DNA of 64,000 nt from contig CAWGYH010000009.1 in NCBI GenBank assembly GCA_963826935.1, positions 3,854 to 67,853 of the forward strand. The letters are read 5' to 3'. This DNA comes from an uncultured Chlamydiales bacterium. Lineage in GTDB: Bacteria > Chlamydiota > Chlamydiia > Chlamydiales > FEN-1388. Within the stretch, counting starts at the first letter, position 1. Every line of letters starts with the position of its first letter. Under the pieces are notes generated by a model that was given only the letters and a program-made list of their open reading frames with translations, was not told where the DNA came from and did not search any database. This document shows positions 18,601-28,231 of this stretch, one piece after another. Made by a program: the position numbers and the translations under genes.

Positions 18601-18854
18601 GAGTCTGTGAAAAAATACTTTTTTTTCGACCGCAGGTCTTTGGAGTGCTGCGATTTTTCGCAGCTTTAGATCCGACCACACACCTTTACTTCATTACCGC
18701 CCAAGCTTACAAAACACATCTACATCAATCGGTAGACGTGCTTTGTGAGCTTGAGTGATCTTGAGATTAAGGTGTGTGGTCGGAGCTAAAGCTGCGAAAA
18801 ATCGCAGCACTCCAAAGACCTGCGGTCGAAGAAAACGTATTTTTTCACAGCCTC
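18601..18854. repeat. Palindromic element, family A copy 1 (about 254 bp, about 87-bp terminal inverted repeats)
   Basis: GAGTCTGTGAAAAAATAC...CGACCACACACCTT pairs with AAGGTGTGTGGTCG...GTATTTTTTCACAGCCTC. Homologous to the copies at 44554 and 62748, in the opposite orientation. Confidence 0.92.
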
Positions 18855-18991
18855 GAAGAACTGAAATAGTCATAAAGGCGATCATGCAACGCTATGCTGC
18901 TTTGGGCTTTTCTCTCATTATTTCGGGAAATGCATTTTGAAATTGGGGTCGAAATAGGACTGCATATATAATAGATAGGCATTGTATCTCT

Positions 18992-19288
18992 ATGATAAAG
19001 GTTTTTAAGATGCCATTTACAATTGACGGACAGTGGGTGCCTAGCAAAACGACTTCAAAAGCGCCTCAAAAACCTGTTAAGGTTCGTTTAGTTAAACGTG
19101 GAAAGAGCGTTCTTACGGTTATTTTGAATTTAAACATGTCTAGCGGTGAGCTCGCAAGCATTGCTTCAAACTTAAAGAAGAAATTGGGCTGCGGCGGCGC
19201 TGTCAAAGAAGAGAACATTGAGATCCAAGGAGACAAGGTTTCGCTTGTGATACAACACCTTGCTGAAGCAGGAATTAAATCTTCATAA
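18992..19288 (+). CDS. yciH: Translation initiation factor SUI1/YciH family protein
   Basis: KRGKSVLTVI, LKKKLGCGGAVK and IEIQGD. The true start may be ATG 19010. Confidence 0.85.
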   Translation: MIKVFKMPFTIDGQWVPSKTTSKAPQKPVKVRLVKRGKSVLTVILNLNMSSGELASIASNLKKKLGCGGAVKEENIEIQGDKVSLVIQHLAEAGIKSS

Positions 19289-19336
19289 GAGAAAAAGTTG
19301 GACTGTGATGTGAGAACGCTTACAGTGAATATTTTT

Positions 19337-19750
19337 TTATGAAAATCTTTTCTTTAAATCTTCTAAGAGAGCTGCCTTTGCATCGGGAGGATATGGTGTA
19401 CGAGTAGGATGGTCCCATGCGGTTTTAGGCCAGGCAGGGTCCGTTTCGAAGCGGGCGATGACGTGGATATGAAGCTGCGCTATTTTGTTGCCGATTGCAG
19501 CCACGTTGATGTGAGTTGGGTTAAAATGTTCCTGAAGTACCCTTTGAGCCAAGTCTAGCTCGCGCATCAACTGCTGTTGATCAGCCGAAGAAAGATCCAT
19601 CAGCTTTGTAGCTTGCGCGCGCTGAGGGACTAAGATAAGCCAGGGAAAATGCATCTCATCTTGAAGCAGCACAAGCGATAGAGGCAGTGCACATACTTGT
19701 GTCTTATTTGTAAGCTTTTCATGTAGCTGAAATTCCATGCCAAATAGCAT
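19337..19750 (-). CDS. HIT family protein
   Basis: FPWLILVP and INVAAIGNKIAQLHIHVIARFETDPAWP. The true start may be 19738. Confidence 0.88.
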   Translation of the reverse strand: MLFGMEFQLHEKLTNKTQVCALPLSLVLLQDEMHFPWLILVPQRAQATKLMDLSSADQQQLMRELDLAQRVLQEHFNPTHINVAAIGNKIAQLHIHVIARFETDPAWPKTAWDHPTRTPYPPDAKAALLEDLKKRFS

Positions 19751-19812
19751 ACAAATAGGCTATAAATATCTGCAAGAGATACATGGGAAAGCCTTACGCC
19801 TCAAGAGCAAGT
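19751..19812 (+). repeat. 62-bp deletion remnant of the dctP-like locus
   Basis: 19751-19780 is identical to 23143-23172, and 19782-19812 is identical to 23900-23930. Confidence 0.9.
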
Positions 19813-19853
19813 TCAAGACGCGCTGTTTTAAAGAGGGAGGGTGAAAACATGAT

Positions 19854-20468
19854 CTATAAAGCTTTTGCATTTTGGGTTGCAGAAGCTGCAATCCAAGCTT
19901 TATCATGGCGTGTTTCCCAGAGATTGCGAGCTACTAAACCTACAAGTTCTCGCAGTAAAGGAGATAGTGCGCTTTCGCGAAAACGTCTAATTCCAAGTAA
20001 ACCGCGACATGCGGCACGGGCTCCTTCTACAGAGTAATACTCTCCAATTTCTTTTAGTAAGAGTTGTGTTTTACTTTTATCCTCAGCATTAATGGCAAAT
20101 TGACTGGGGAGTGGTTTTGGGTTCCACGATAAGCAAAGGAGCACTAGCTCTTTTAATTTCGTTAAGGTTGGAGGTAAAGATTTTAGCTTATTTCTCCACA
20201 GTGACAAGTGTTGAAGTTTTTGAAGATTGCCGATTTGTGGTGGAATACAAGTGAGCTGATTACAACATATATCAAGAACTCTTAAGTTGCCAAGTTCCAG
20301 TATTTGATTTGGTATTCTATCCATATTATTATCGGGGATAGCAAGATGCTCAATCATATCGCGTTCTTGTGTCGTCATAGCTCCTAAACGGGCTGCGACA
20401 TCATCTGTAGTTAGTCCCTCACCGGCCCAAATCACAACGAATGGATTATTATTTCTTAGTGGATCCAT
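19854..20468 (-). CDS. Leucine-rich repeat protein with a C-terminal F-box-like motif
   Basis: Typical LRRs LRVLDICCNQLTCIPPQIGNL and LQHLSLWRNKLKSLPPTL. C-terminus LSPLLRELVGLVARNLW. Confidence 0.85.
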   Translation of the reverse strand: MDPLRNNNPFVVIWAGEGLTTDDVAARLGAMTTQERDMIEHLAIPDNNMDRIPNQILELGNLRVLDICCNQLTCIPPQIGNLQKLQHLSLWRNKLKSLPPTLTKLKELVLLCLSWNPKPLPSQFAINAEDKSKTQLLLKEIGEYYSVEGARAACRGLLGIRRFRESALSPLLRELVGLVARNLWETRHDKAWIAASATQNAKAL

Positions 20469-20718
20469 TACATAACTCCGTATGCTTTATTAAACAAAAA
20501 CTTTATCAGAGTGTGATTTTTTTCGCAAGGTTATTTAACATTATGCTTTAACTTGTAAACTCAAAGGGCTTGTAATTTTTCGGCGGCGCCCTCTTCAGAG
20601 AGCTAATTCTTGCTCTCTTATTCGTTTTAATAAAAAGCAGCAAGAAAAATCTCCTAGCTAAAAAGTTGTAAAGTCGAGATAATCACTTGAAAAATCTATC
20701 TGTGGACTTTACAACTCT

Positions 20719-22731
20719 ATGAATTCATTAGCCCCATTAGCCTCACCAGATTTTGCAAAAGATCGCGTTGCACAACGTAATGCATTTCAACAACTTTGCA
20801 CTCACAACAGCGAAGAACGAACAAAAGTAATCGCTTTCTTTACTGAGGTTTTCACTCAGCTAATGCATCAAAAAGAACCAGACCCTAAGCACTGGCAAAC
20901 AGTTAAAAATACAATATCTCTTTTTGAGGCAAAAACTCCTTCTGAGGGGCGTAATGAAAAATGGTCCGACCTTTCTTACAATAGTAAAGGATGGCTTTTC
21001 ACATGCTTTATTCCTGCGCTTGTCATGGCTGCTGGAATTGCACACGTTAACCCAACAGATACCCTTTATGCTCGCTACTATTATGGCGTAGATAATTTGC
21101 AACCACACCCACTCTGGGGTCCAAGGAAGATTGCTCCCAGATTGTTAGAGGCCCTTAGTACACCTCAAGCTATGAAACATGAACTTCACGAGATCTTCTA
21201 TGATGCCCTTAGCGACGACTTAGTCCAACAAGGCCCCATCATAGAAATTGATGGAGCCGTGCCACTTAACCGCGATCAGCTATTCTATGTAACTAATACA
21301 ACAAGCTCAAGACCACCTCTTGATACGCTTACAAAAACTATCACAATCGACGGCATAACATATCCCCTTGCATGCCTTTTGGGAAGATCAAGCCGGGCTC
21401 AAGGTACGTATGCATGCAATAGATCTATTGAAAGCGTTGCCACATTGTTTCAAAAGCTACTCCCGGATGTAGTGCTAAGGACTATCGTTCTCAACTACTC
21501 TGCCCTTTCCTACGTCGACTTTAACGCCTACATGCAAACGCAAGTGCCAGTAGGCGCCCTTAATGCACTACGCCCTCTTTGCGTCAAGCTATCAAAAGCA
21601 ATCTCCACAATCGGCGGGGCCGAAGTAGCAAGAGATGATCTTATGGCCCGATTCCTCAGGCACTGGCTCAAAAGCGACCCTACATACTGGAATGTAACAG
21701 TGAATGACACTCTCATCACTCTTTCCTGCACAGACGCAGAAAAAGCAACGGATACGTTTATTCAGATTATGAAGCAGGCACCAAACTTTACATTTGAACT
21801 CCAAATAGACCTTCCAAAACTGCCCGAAGCAGTTCGTGCTCAAGTTACAAGTGATCTGCCAATTACACGCCTCTATTTAAGAAAAAAAGACAACAGCTGC
21901 CGAATTGATGAAGAAGTAGATCCTCTTGTAGCGCTACTTCCTCGCTTAAAACAAGTCCACGTAGGTAGCGTTGTAAGAGGACTAGAGTCGTTGCAAGAGG
22001 CGCCACGGCTAAAAAGCCTAAAAATTTCCTGGCTTGGTGCAGCAAAAAGCAGAACACATAGGCTACCCCCAGTACTTGAAACATTTGATGTTTACCTTAG
22101 CGGTAACGGTACTACTGAGGCGAAGCAAACCTTTAAATTTCCGCCTACATTAAAAACACTTACACTCTCGACCCTTGACCCTATTAAATTTGACCTGTCT
22201 TCTCTGCCGGTAGGTATTAAAGAGGTGGATATTCATTGCCCCTCAGTCTCGGTGGCAACCCTTGTTCCAAGGCTGTCAGCACTTTGCAACCTCACAAAAC
22301 TAACAGTAATTCTTAATCCCTGCACCGCTCATCGCCCCTTAACGCTTGAACAATGCGACCAGCATGAGCCATTGCGCATTCTAGAAAAGACGCCCCTGCT
22401 CGAAGAGCTCTGGCTTAAAGGAGTAGTAACTCTTGATGATCTTGGAGCCTCTCGTCATAACCATGTTCGCAAAATCACCTTCTTGCCCTATCCTACAGAA
22501 GCCTACCCCGCTGTAGGCTGGCTACCTGCGCTACAAAAAATCGGCTCACTTAACGAGTTTTGCACGATAGGCCCCTATGGCCCGGATTACGGCATGCAAG
22601 GAAATATGGCAAAAAAAGAGCTTTTTGCACTGGCCCAAGCTGCCCTATCGCAAAAAGTCCCCTTCACAATCAACTCCAAAAAACCAGAATTCTTAGTAAC
22701 CGACCTAAAAACTACAATGTATTGGTACTAA
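20719..22731 (+). CDS. Hypothetical 670-aa protein with C-terminal LRR/FNIP-like repeats
   Basis: LPRLKQVHV, APRLKSLKI, LPPVLETFDV, FPPTLKTLTL, LPVGIKEVDI and LCNLTKLTV. Confidence 0.75.
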   Translation: MNSLAPLASPDFAKDRVAQRNAFQQLCTHNSEERTKVIAFFTEVFTQLMHQKEPDPKHWQTVKNTISLFEAKTPSEGRNEKWSDLSYNSKGWLFTCFIPALVMAAGIAHVNPTDTLYARYYYGVDNLQPHPLWGPRKIAPRLLEALSTPQAMKHELHEIFYDALSDDLVQQGPIIEIDGAVPLNRDQLFYVTNTTSSRPPLDTLTKTITIDGITYPLACLLGRSSRAQGTYACNRSIESVATLFQKLLPDVVLRTIVLNYSALSYVDFNAYMQTQVPVGALNALRPLCVKLSKAISTIGGAEVARDDLMARFLRHWLKSDPTYWNVTVNDTLITLSCTDAEKATDTFIQIMKQAPNFTFELQIDLPKLPEAVRAQVTSDLPITRLYLRKKDNSCRIDEEVDPLVALLPRLKQVHVGSVVRGLESLQEAPRLKSLKISWLGAAKSRTHRLPPVLETFDVYLSGNGTTEAKQTFKFPPTLKTLTLSTLDPIKFDLSSLPVGIKEVDIHCPSVSVATLVPRLSALCNLTKLTVILNPCTAHRPLTLEQCDQHEPLRILEKTPLLEELWLKGVVTLDDLGASRHNHVRKITFLPYPTEAYPAVGWLPALQKIGSLNEFCTIGPYGPDYGMQGNMAKKELFALAQAALSQKVPFTINSKKPEFLVTDLKTTMYWY

Positions 22732-22777
22732 AGTTAGGGATATTGTAGCCCGCAGCGTCCGCAAATCGCACATCGCA

Positions 22778-23137
22778 GGGCCGGCCCCAATGGTGTCAAC
22801 TTAAGAAAATTTATATTAGTTCTGGAGAGGTTGTGAAATGCAGATTCTCTCCCGAAGGGAGAGATGGCGATTAGCCCAGATCACCGACTGGAAGGAGGTG
22901 CTCTGGGAAAAATGGCATAATAAAATATTGCACCCCCGAAGCGGGGTGCTGGATCATATTGTTTGGATAATATCCAGCACCCCGTTTCGGGGGTGCATAT
23001 TTGATCCACACGGGTTCCCAGAACACCTCCCTCTGGTCGGTGGTCTGGGCTAAATGCCATCTCTCCCTTCGGGAGAGAAAAAACAGCGGCCAGAGCTGCT
23101 ATAAATTTCCTTAAGTTGACACCATTGGGGCCGGCCC
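22778..23137. repeat. Nested palindromic intergenic element (about 360 bp)
   Basis: Outer 38-bp inverted repeat GGGCCGGCCCCAATGGTGTCAACTTAAG(A/G)AAATTTATA with one mismatch. Middle arms start TTCTCTCCCGAAGGGAGAG, inner arms start GCACCCCCGAAGCGGGGTGCTGGAT. Shares modules with 3483-3910. Confidence 0.92.
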
Positions 23138-23232
23138 CTTTCACAAATAGGCTATAAATATCTGCAAGAGATGCTTTGCCATTTATATTCTTTTGTCATA
23201 CACTCTTTCGTTTTAATTTATGGAGATTATGT

Positions 23233-24063
23233 ATGCAGCCAGTTAGAGAAAAAATATTTCTTGCCTCAAATCCCTCAAACCCCGATAGCCCTACCTATAA
23301 AACTTTTGAGTTTTTCAATGAAAAACTTGCCAAAATTGCCAGGGTCGATTTTGGCAATAAGTATAAGCAAGGTGAAGAAATCGGACGTCTTCGCGATGGA
23401 TCTCTAGCTCTTGCGACTATCTCTATGGCAGATATCTGTAATTTGATTGATGACCCAATCTGCAAATCACTTATAACACCTTTCACGATTTCAAGTTATC
23501 AAGACCTTACGGCGGCGTATGATGGCCCCGTTGGCGCGTATATCTTCAATATCGTTAGAGAAAAGCTTGGAATTGAGATTTTGGCACCTTTGTATATTGG
23601 AACGAGATGCATTACCCTAAAAGATCCCGATCTTATTGTAACGAGACCTCAAGATTTAGCTCATGTACGCCTACGCGTACCGGCAGGCAAGAGTTGGAAT
23701 GAAGTTGCAAAGAGCCTCGGAGCTCAACCTGTGCCGGTAGGCATCAGTGGTATTGCCGCTGCATACGAAAAGGGTGAGATCGACGGACATGAAAATCCCC
23801 CAAGTGCAACCGTTGCCTATAAGCTTGTGGATTATGTTGGCCAGATGGTGCTTACGAATCACCTTGTTGACTCTGTCTTACTCAGTATGTCAAGAGACGC
23901 ATGGGAAAGCCTTACGCCTCAAGAGCAAGTCGAGGTGCGAGCTTTTGCTGCCGAGACCCGAACATTTAATGATGCAATGCGTCAGGAGGAAGAGACAGCA
24001 ACCCTAAATAGCCTTGCCGATAGGGTAAAGCATATCGACTTAGATCCATTTAAGGCTTTATGA
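23233..24063 (+). CDS. dctP: TRAP transporter substrate-binding protein (DctP family), orphan, no signal peptide
   Basis: GTRCIT, PQDLAHVRLRVP, LGAQPVP, GEIDGHENP and LTNH. ATG at 23233 has GGAG upstream. Confidence 0.8.
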   Translation: MQPVREKIFLASNPSNPDSPTYKTFEFFNEKLAKIARVDFGNKYKQGEEIGRLRDGSLALATISMADICNLIDDPICKSLITPFTISSYQDLTAAYDGPVGAYIFNIVREKLGIEILAPLYIGTRCITLKDPDLIVTRPQDLAHVRLRVPAGKSWNEVAKSLGAQPVPVGISGIAAAYEKGEIDGHENPPSATVAYKLVDYVGQMVLTNHLVDSVLLSMSRDAWESLTPQEQVEVRAFAAETRTFNDAMRQEEETATLNSLADRVKHIDLDPFKAL

Positions 24064-24102
24064 TATGTCATTAGCAATATGCGGGGACCAGACTTGACGA
24101 TA

Positions 24103-24130
24103 TCAATCCTAATCTCGATCTTGATCTCGA
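24103..24130. repeat. Degenerate hexamer array (CTCGAT-like)
   Basis: TCAATCCTAATCTCGATCTTGATCTCGA. The same motif occurs at 44505-44550. Confidence 0.55.
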
Positions 24131-24158
24131 ACGGATAAAAGCTGGGCTGCATGAGGAG

Positions 24159-25292
24159 TCAAGCAGCTTTCCAGTGGCTTGGTTTTAGTAAGGCGTGGAG
24201 CTGATCAAGCGGCATAGAGGCTAATTCTTCCAAGGTAAAAAGCTTATCTTTTAATGCTTGCAGGCCGTTTTTCTCGAGTAGCGCTTTGAGGTGGGTCAAG
24301 GGGATTTTTTCGGCTTCCTGGCGCGTCATGAGCTGCTCGCGGTCTACGAGGATATGGCAAAACACTGCGAGGTGAAGCCGATCGCGCACGCGAGGGGGCA
24401 TGCGGTCGAAATGGTTAAATTCAAACCTTGTGAGAGGAAACTTTTCTAATAACGGAATATCTTCATAGGTAAAGCCGGGACAGAAGGCGATGTTTAGTTC
24501 TGTAAGAGGTTTGCCATCATAGCACTCAAGTGCATCTATAACATATGGAGCGGGCACCCATGTCAGAGAAAGATGGGTGATATTGGGACAGAGCTTGAAT
24601 AGTTCTTTTGTATCTGAATCGTAGGGATCAGGCCATACAAAGCCGGTTGCTCTATGGGCAGATGACCCGAACATTGATCTTCCCCTCAGATTGAGGCATG
24701 ATAAGGCATCCCCGTTTTTGCGTGCAAAATCTACTACTTGTTCAAGAGTTCGAAATCCCTGCTGATCAAGCGCTTTTTCGGGCTGGGCGTTAATTCTTCG
24801 TACCTGCTCAACTCGTGCAAGGGCACCTGCCTTCCTTGAGGTTTGGGCAAAGCGACCTAAGGCCTCTTGTGACAGGCGCTGTATGATTTTTTTAATGAGA
24901 GGGCTGTTGGAGCCTGCTCTATCTAGCTTGGCTAAACTATAATCTGGACGATAATGCTCTACAACTGCCCTTACCTGTTCGAGAGGCATCTCATCTTTTA
25001 TAGGGTGTGTAAAGCAGCGAGAGAGCAAGTTTAAAACGCGCTGTTTTAAAGAAAGAGGGGTCTCTTTAAAATCTAAGAGCTGCCTCAATTGCGTTATTTG
25101 CTTGTAGTCAAATTGATTGGAACTGGTTAAATACCTGCTATTTGTTCGAAGAAAACGCCCCAGGGCGACAAAATCTATTTTTGCATCTGCAGCTGACTTG
25201 CTGTCGTTCGGAAAAAAGCTATCTAACCCCTCACGAAAGGCCTGAAACGAATCGGCCTTCCCATCAGGAGGCATCCCCAAGTTCATAGACAT
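24159..25292 (-). CDS. F-box-like/LRR effector-like protein
   Basis: LIKKIIQRLSQEALGRFAQTSRK is F-box-like. LCPNITHLSL and LTELNIAFC are LRR-like. The C-terminal motif is duplicated (LMTRQEAEKIPLTHLKALL / LFTLEELASMPLDQLHALL). Confidence 0.65.
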   Translation of the reverse strand: MSMNLGMPPDGKADSFQAFREGLDSFFPNDSKSAADAKIDFVALGRFLRTNSRYLTSSNQFDYKQITQLRQLLDFKETPLSLKQRVLNLLSRCFTHPIKDEMPLEQVRAVVEHYRPDYSLAKLDRAGSNSPLIKKIIQRLSQEALGRFAQTSRKAGALARVEQVRRINAQPEKALDQQGFRTLEQVVDFARKNGDALSCLNLRGRSMFGSSAHRATGFVWPDPYDSDTKELFKLCPNITHLSLTWVPAPYVIDALECYDGKPLTELNIAFCPGFTYEDIPLLEKFPLTRFEFNHFDRMPPRVRDRLHLAVFCHILVDREQLMTRQEAEKIPLTHLKALLEKNGLQALKDKLFTLEELASMPLDQLHALLKPSHWKAA

Positions 25293-25501
25293 AGAAGCCC
25301 TCCCATTTCCTCCATTATATACAATAAAATATATAATAACAAGACAGAGCCTGAGGCACTTGACTGTAAAATGAGTTATGTATTACAGTGATAATACAAT
25401 GCGGAGACATTCTCTCTACAATTGTCGAGACTTCAAAATGTATCGCTGGAAGAATCATCACCCATTTTACAACTTATTTGCTTAAAACCAGAGGCGCTCG
25501 C

Positions 25502-26251
25502 ATGCAGATTACATCCTTCAAAACACACGCTATTACACCAAACGACTCATTATTGGACATTATCGATGCCTATGTTCCGACGCTTAAAGAAAAGTCTATA
25601 CTTGTTGTTACATCAAAGATTGTAAGCCTCTCAGAAGGCTGTGTGGTGGCAAAAAACGAAGGAATTTCTAAACAAGAGCTCATTCAAAGATCGGCAGATG
25701 CCTATCTCGATCCGGTAGAGGCGCCCTCCCCCTATGGCATTCAGCTCACAATAAAAAATAATATCCTTATCCCTTCTGCAGGAATCGATGAATCAAATGG
25801 AAATGGCCTCTACATCCTCTACCCAAAAGATATACAAGAATCTGCAACAAAAATTTGGAACCACATTCGAAGTCGCGATAACCTAACAGAATGCGGCGTC
25901 TTAATCACAGACAGCCACACAGCACCCATGCGCCGCGGCCTGATTGGCATAGGCATAGGCTGGTGCGGCTTTAACGCCCTCTACAGCTATATCGGAAAGC
26001 CCGACTGCTTTGATGTCCCCTTGCGCGTTTCTGTAGTAAATATTTTGGATGGACTGGCAGTGCCTGCCGTATTTTATATGGGTGAAGGCAACGAACAGAC
26101 TCCATTTGCCCTCATCACAGGCGCGCCTAAAATTACATTTCAAGACCGCCCGCCTACTCGCGAAGAGGTAGATGAGCTCTGCATCCCTATGGATGAGGAT
26201 CTCTATGCTCCCCTCTTAAAAAGCGGCCCATGGCGGCAAGCTAAAGGCTGA
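25502..26251 (+). CDS. CofE-like gamma-glutamyl ligase (chlamydial CT611-type, folate polyglutamylation)
   Basis: VVTSKIVSLSEG, PSAGIDESN, ITDSHTAPMRRG, YIGKPDCF and MGEGNEQTP. Confidence 0.85.
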   Translation: MQITSFKTHAITPNDSLLDIIDAYVPTLKEKSILVVTSKIVSLSEGCVVAKNEGISKQELIQRSADAYLDPVEAPSPYGIQLTIKNNILIPSAGIDESNGNGLYILYPKDIQESATKIWNHIRSRDNLTECGVLITDSHTAPMRRGLIGIGIGWCGFNALYSYIGKPDCFDVPLRVSVVNILDGLAVPAVFYMGEGNEQTPFALITGAPKITFQDRPPTREEVDELCIPMDEDLYAPLLKSGPWRQAKG

Positions 26252-27437
26252 AATCTTCATGAGCCGCTGTCGGCCTCAGAGAAAACAGAACCGCGGTTAA
26301 GGATGCTAGCAGCACAATGCATATTCCATAGGGTACCGTGGAGCTGGTTGGAAAAAGCATCAGGAGGGATCCTACAATGGAGGATACGCTGAATTGAAGC
26401 GCGCCGAAGGCAGCTGATGCCGTTCCGGCACAAGCTTCAAAAGGCTCTAAGGCGGCAGATGTTGCCCCGCCGACTAGAAACATGGCTCCCGTACAGGAGA
26501 TGACCATAGGAAGTAAAAAGCCTGTCAGGCTTGCTGCAGCCATCATGTGCCAGGCAAGCATGCTGGCTCCGCCAATAAACATCAGACAAATTCCTGTTTT
26601 TAACGTAGCTAAAACGCCTATCTTTTCAATCAGCTTGCCGCTAGCTATTCCTCCAAGCGCTATAACGCATCCAAATAGGGCAAAATAGTAGCCAAATTGA
26701 TGGGGAAGGACGCCGTGAAGGTCAATAATGATAAAGGGCGAGATGGAGAAAAAACAGAAAAAGACCGCCTCAGAAAGTGCCCCAAGGCAGCCATAGACCC
26801 GGAATTGAGGGTGACAGATAACCTCTACATAGCGCTTAAACAGTGACGCGTCAAGTGTAATCCGATTTTGAACGGGCAGCGTTTCGTGTATGAATCGGTT
26901 CGACACAAAAAACGCCACTATACCAATGCAAGTTAAAAAGAAAAAGACGCTCGTCCAGCCGAAGTAGAGGTAGAGATACCCCCCTAAAATAGGGGCAAAG
27001 GTAGGAGATATGCCAATAGCGCCATTGAGCAAGCTGTACATCTTTGCGCTCTCTTCATTTGAGTAGAGATCTCGTACCAAAGCAAACGCCGTCACAAGCA
27101 TGCCGCAAGCACCTATAGAGGTGACTATCCGTGAGATAATAAGCGCCGTGATGCCATCTGACAGGGCAGAGCCAAGAGAGCCTATGCTAAAGCATACCGA
27201 AGAGAGGTAGAACATGGGTTTACGCCCAAAACGGTCAGCTAATGGGCCTATAAGGAGCTGGCCTACCCCGGTAAAGAATAAAAACAGGCTAAGCGTTAAT
27301 TGAATCAGCGCAGGGGTAGTATTAAATATGTGAGTCATCTGCGGAATAATCGGGATATAGATATCCAGGCCAAAGGCAAAGCTGAATACAAAGGGGGTCA
27401 GGATGAACACTATTTGAAGCTGAGAGTACTTTTTCAT
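26241..27437 (-). CDS. Bcr/CflA-family MFS efflux transporter
   Basis: DIYIP, IQLTLS, GQLLIGPLADRFGRKP, ALVRDLY, APILGG and AGTASA, with 12 TM segments. Confidence 0.92.
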   Translation of the reverse strand: MKKYSQLQIVFILTPFVFSFAFGLDIYIPIIPQMTHIFNTTPALIQLTLSLFLFFTGVGQLLIGPLADRFGRKPMFYLSSVCFSIGSLGSALSDGITALIISRIVTSIGACGMLVTAFALVRDLYSNEESAKMYSLLNGAIGISPTFAPILGGYLYLYFGWTSVFFFLTCIGIVAFFVSNRFIHETLPVQNRITLDASLFKRYVEVICHPQFRVYGCLGALSEAVFFCFFSISPFIIIDLHGVLPHQFGYYFALFGCVIALGGIASGKLIEKIGVLATLKTGICLMFIGGASMLAWHMMAAASLTGFLLPMVISCTGAMFLVGGATSAALEPFEACAGTASAAFGALQFSVSSIVGSLLMLFPTSSTVPYGICIVLLASLTAVLFSLRPTAAHEDFSL

Positions 27438-27545
27438 GAGTACATGATAGCAGTAAGGCCTAAGAAAGGCAAACTATTAAAATATTAATTGACTAATAAG
27501 CCCAATATAGTATATAATTAGTGCTTTACATAAAGGAGAATTATT

Positions 27546-28211
27546 ATGCAACCACTCGGTACTTTTTACCAAATCTTGAATAACTATCAAGATAGTCATA
27601 TACGTACTACCAAGGAACAAATAGTTCAGCATGTGTTGAACCAGGGTAATGTACAAATTCCTAGCCAACTGCGTTCAGGAGCAATAACCACACTTCCAAA
27701 GCAAATAAAAGAGGAACAGGCAACTATTTCTGCCCGTACGAGAAATATTGAAGTATTAACTGAAAATATTAGACAAGAAGCATCCGCTCCAACGGGAGTA
27801 CGTGCGCTTAAGACTGCGCTGCGCGTTGCAGCAACAGCTCTACTCGTACTTAGCTATGCCCTGCTTGCTGCAACATTAGTTGGAGTGGGGGTTATTGCAG
27901 GATTTGAATGTAATAATACTTTTGAGAAAGTCTGTCATGGTCGAGATCAGGTTCAATTAAACGATGAACAAAAAAAGCTCTTGACAGCTAAAACCAATGA
28001 AGCCGCATTGATGGAATTTAAAAATTCACTTCCAAAAGCTATTCAAAAATCAGAAGCTGATATAGCTGCGTGCGATGCTGAGAACAAAAAAATTATTGCT
28101 ACCTTTGATGTTAGCATACCTAAATGGCTAGACGCGATCAGAATGAACTCAATTGGAATTCGTGAAAACCAGATAGCGCTGGAGCTTATGAAACTAGCTG
28201 TCGCGGAATAA
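27546..28211 (+). CDS. Hypothetical Inc-like protein (long hydrophobic stretch flanked by coiled coils)
   Basis: AAGGAG Shine-Dalgarno and the segment VAATALLVLSYALLAATLVGVGVIAGF. Confidence 0.7.
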   Translation: MQPLGTFYQILNNYQDSHIRTTKEQIVQHVLNQGNVQIPSQLRSGAITTLPKQIKEEQATISARTRNIEVLTENIRQEASAPTGVRALKTALRVAATALLVLSYALLAATLVGVGVIAGFECNNTFEKVCHGRDQVQLNDEQKKLLTAKTNEAALMEFKNSLPKAIQKSEADIAACDAENKKIIATFDVSIPKWLDAIRMNSIGIRENQIALELMKLAVAE

Positions 28212-28231
28212 ATAATAATTTAAACACAAGT

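Noticed and set aside
18597-18859. Target-site duplication around family A copy 1 (GAA or CGAAG)
   Set aside because: It is short, overlaps the termini and is not seen at the other copies, so it may be chance.
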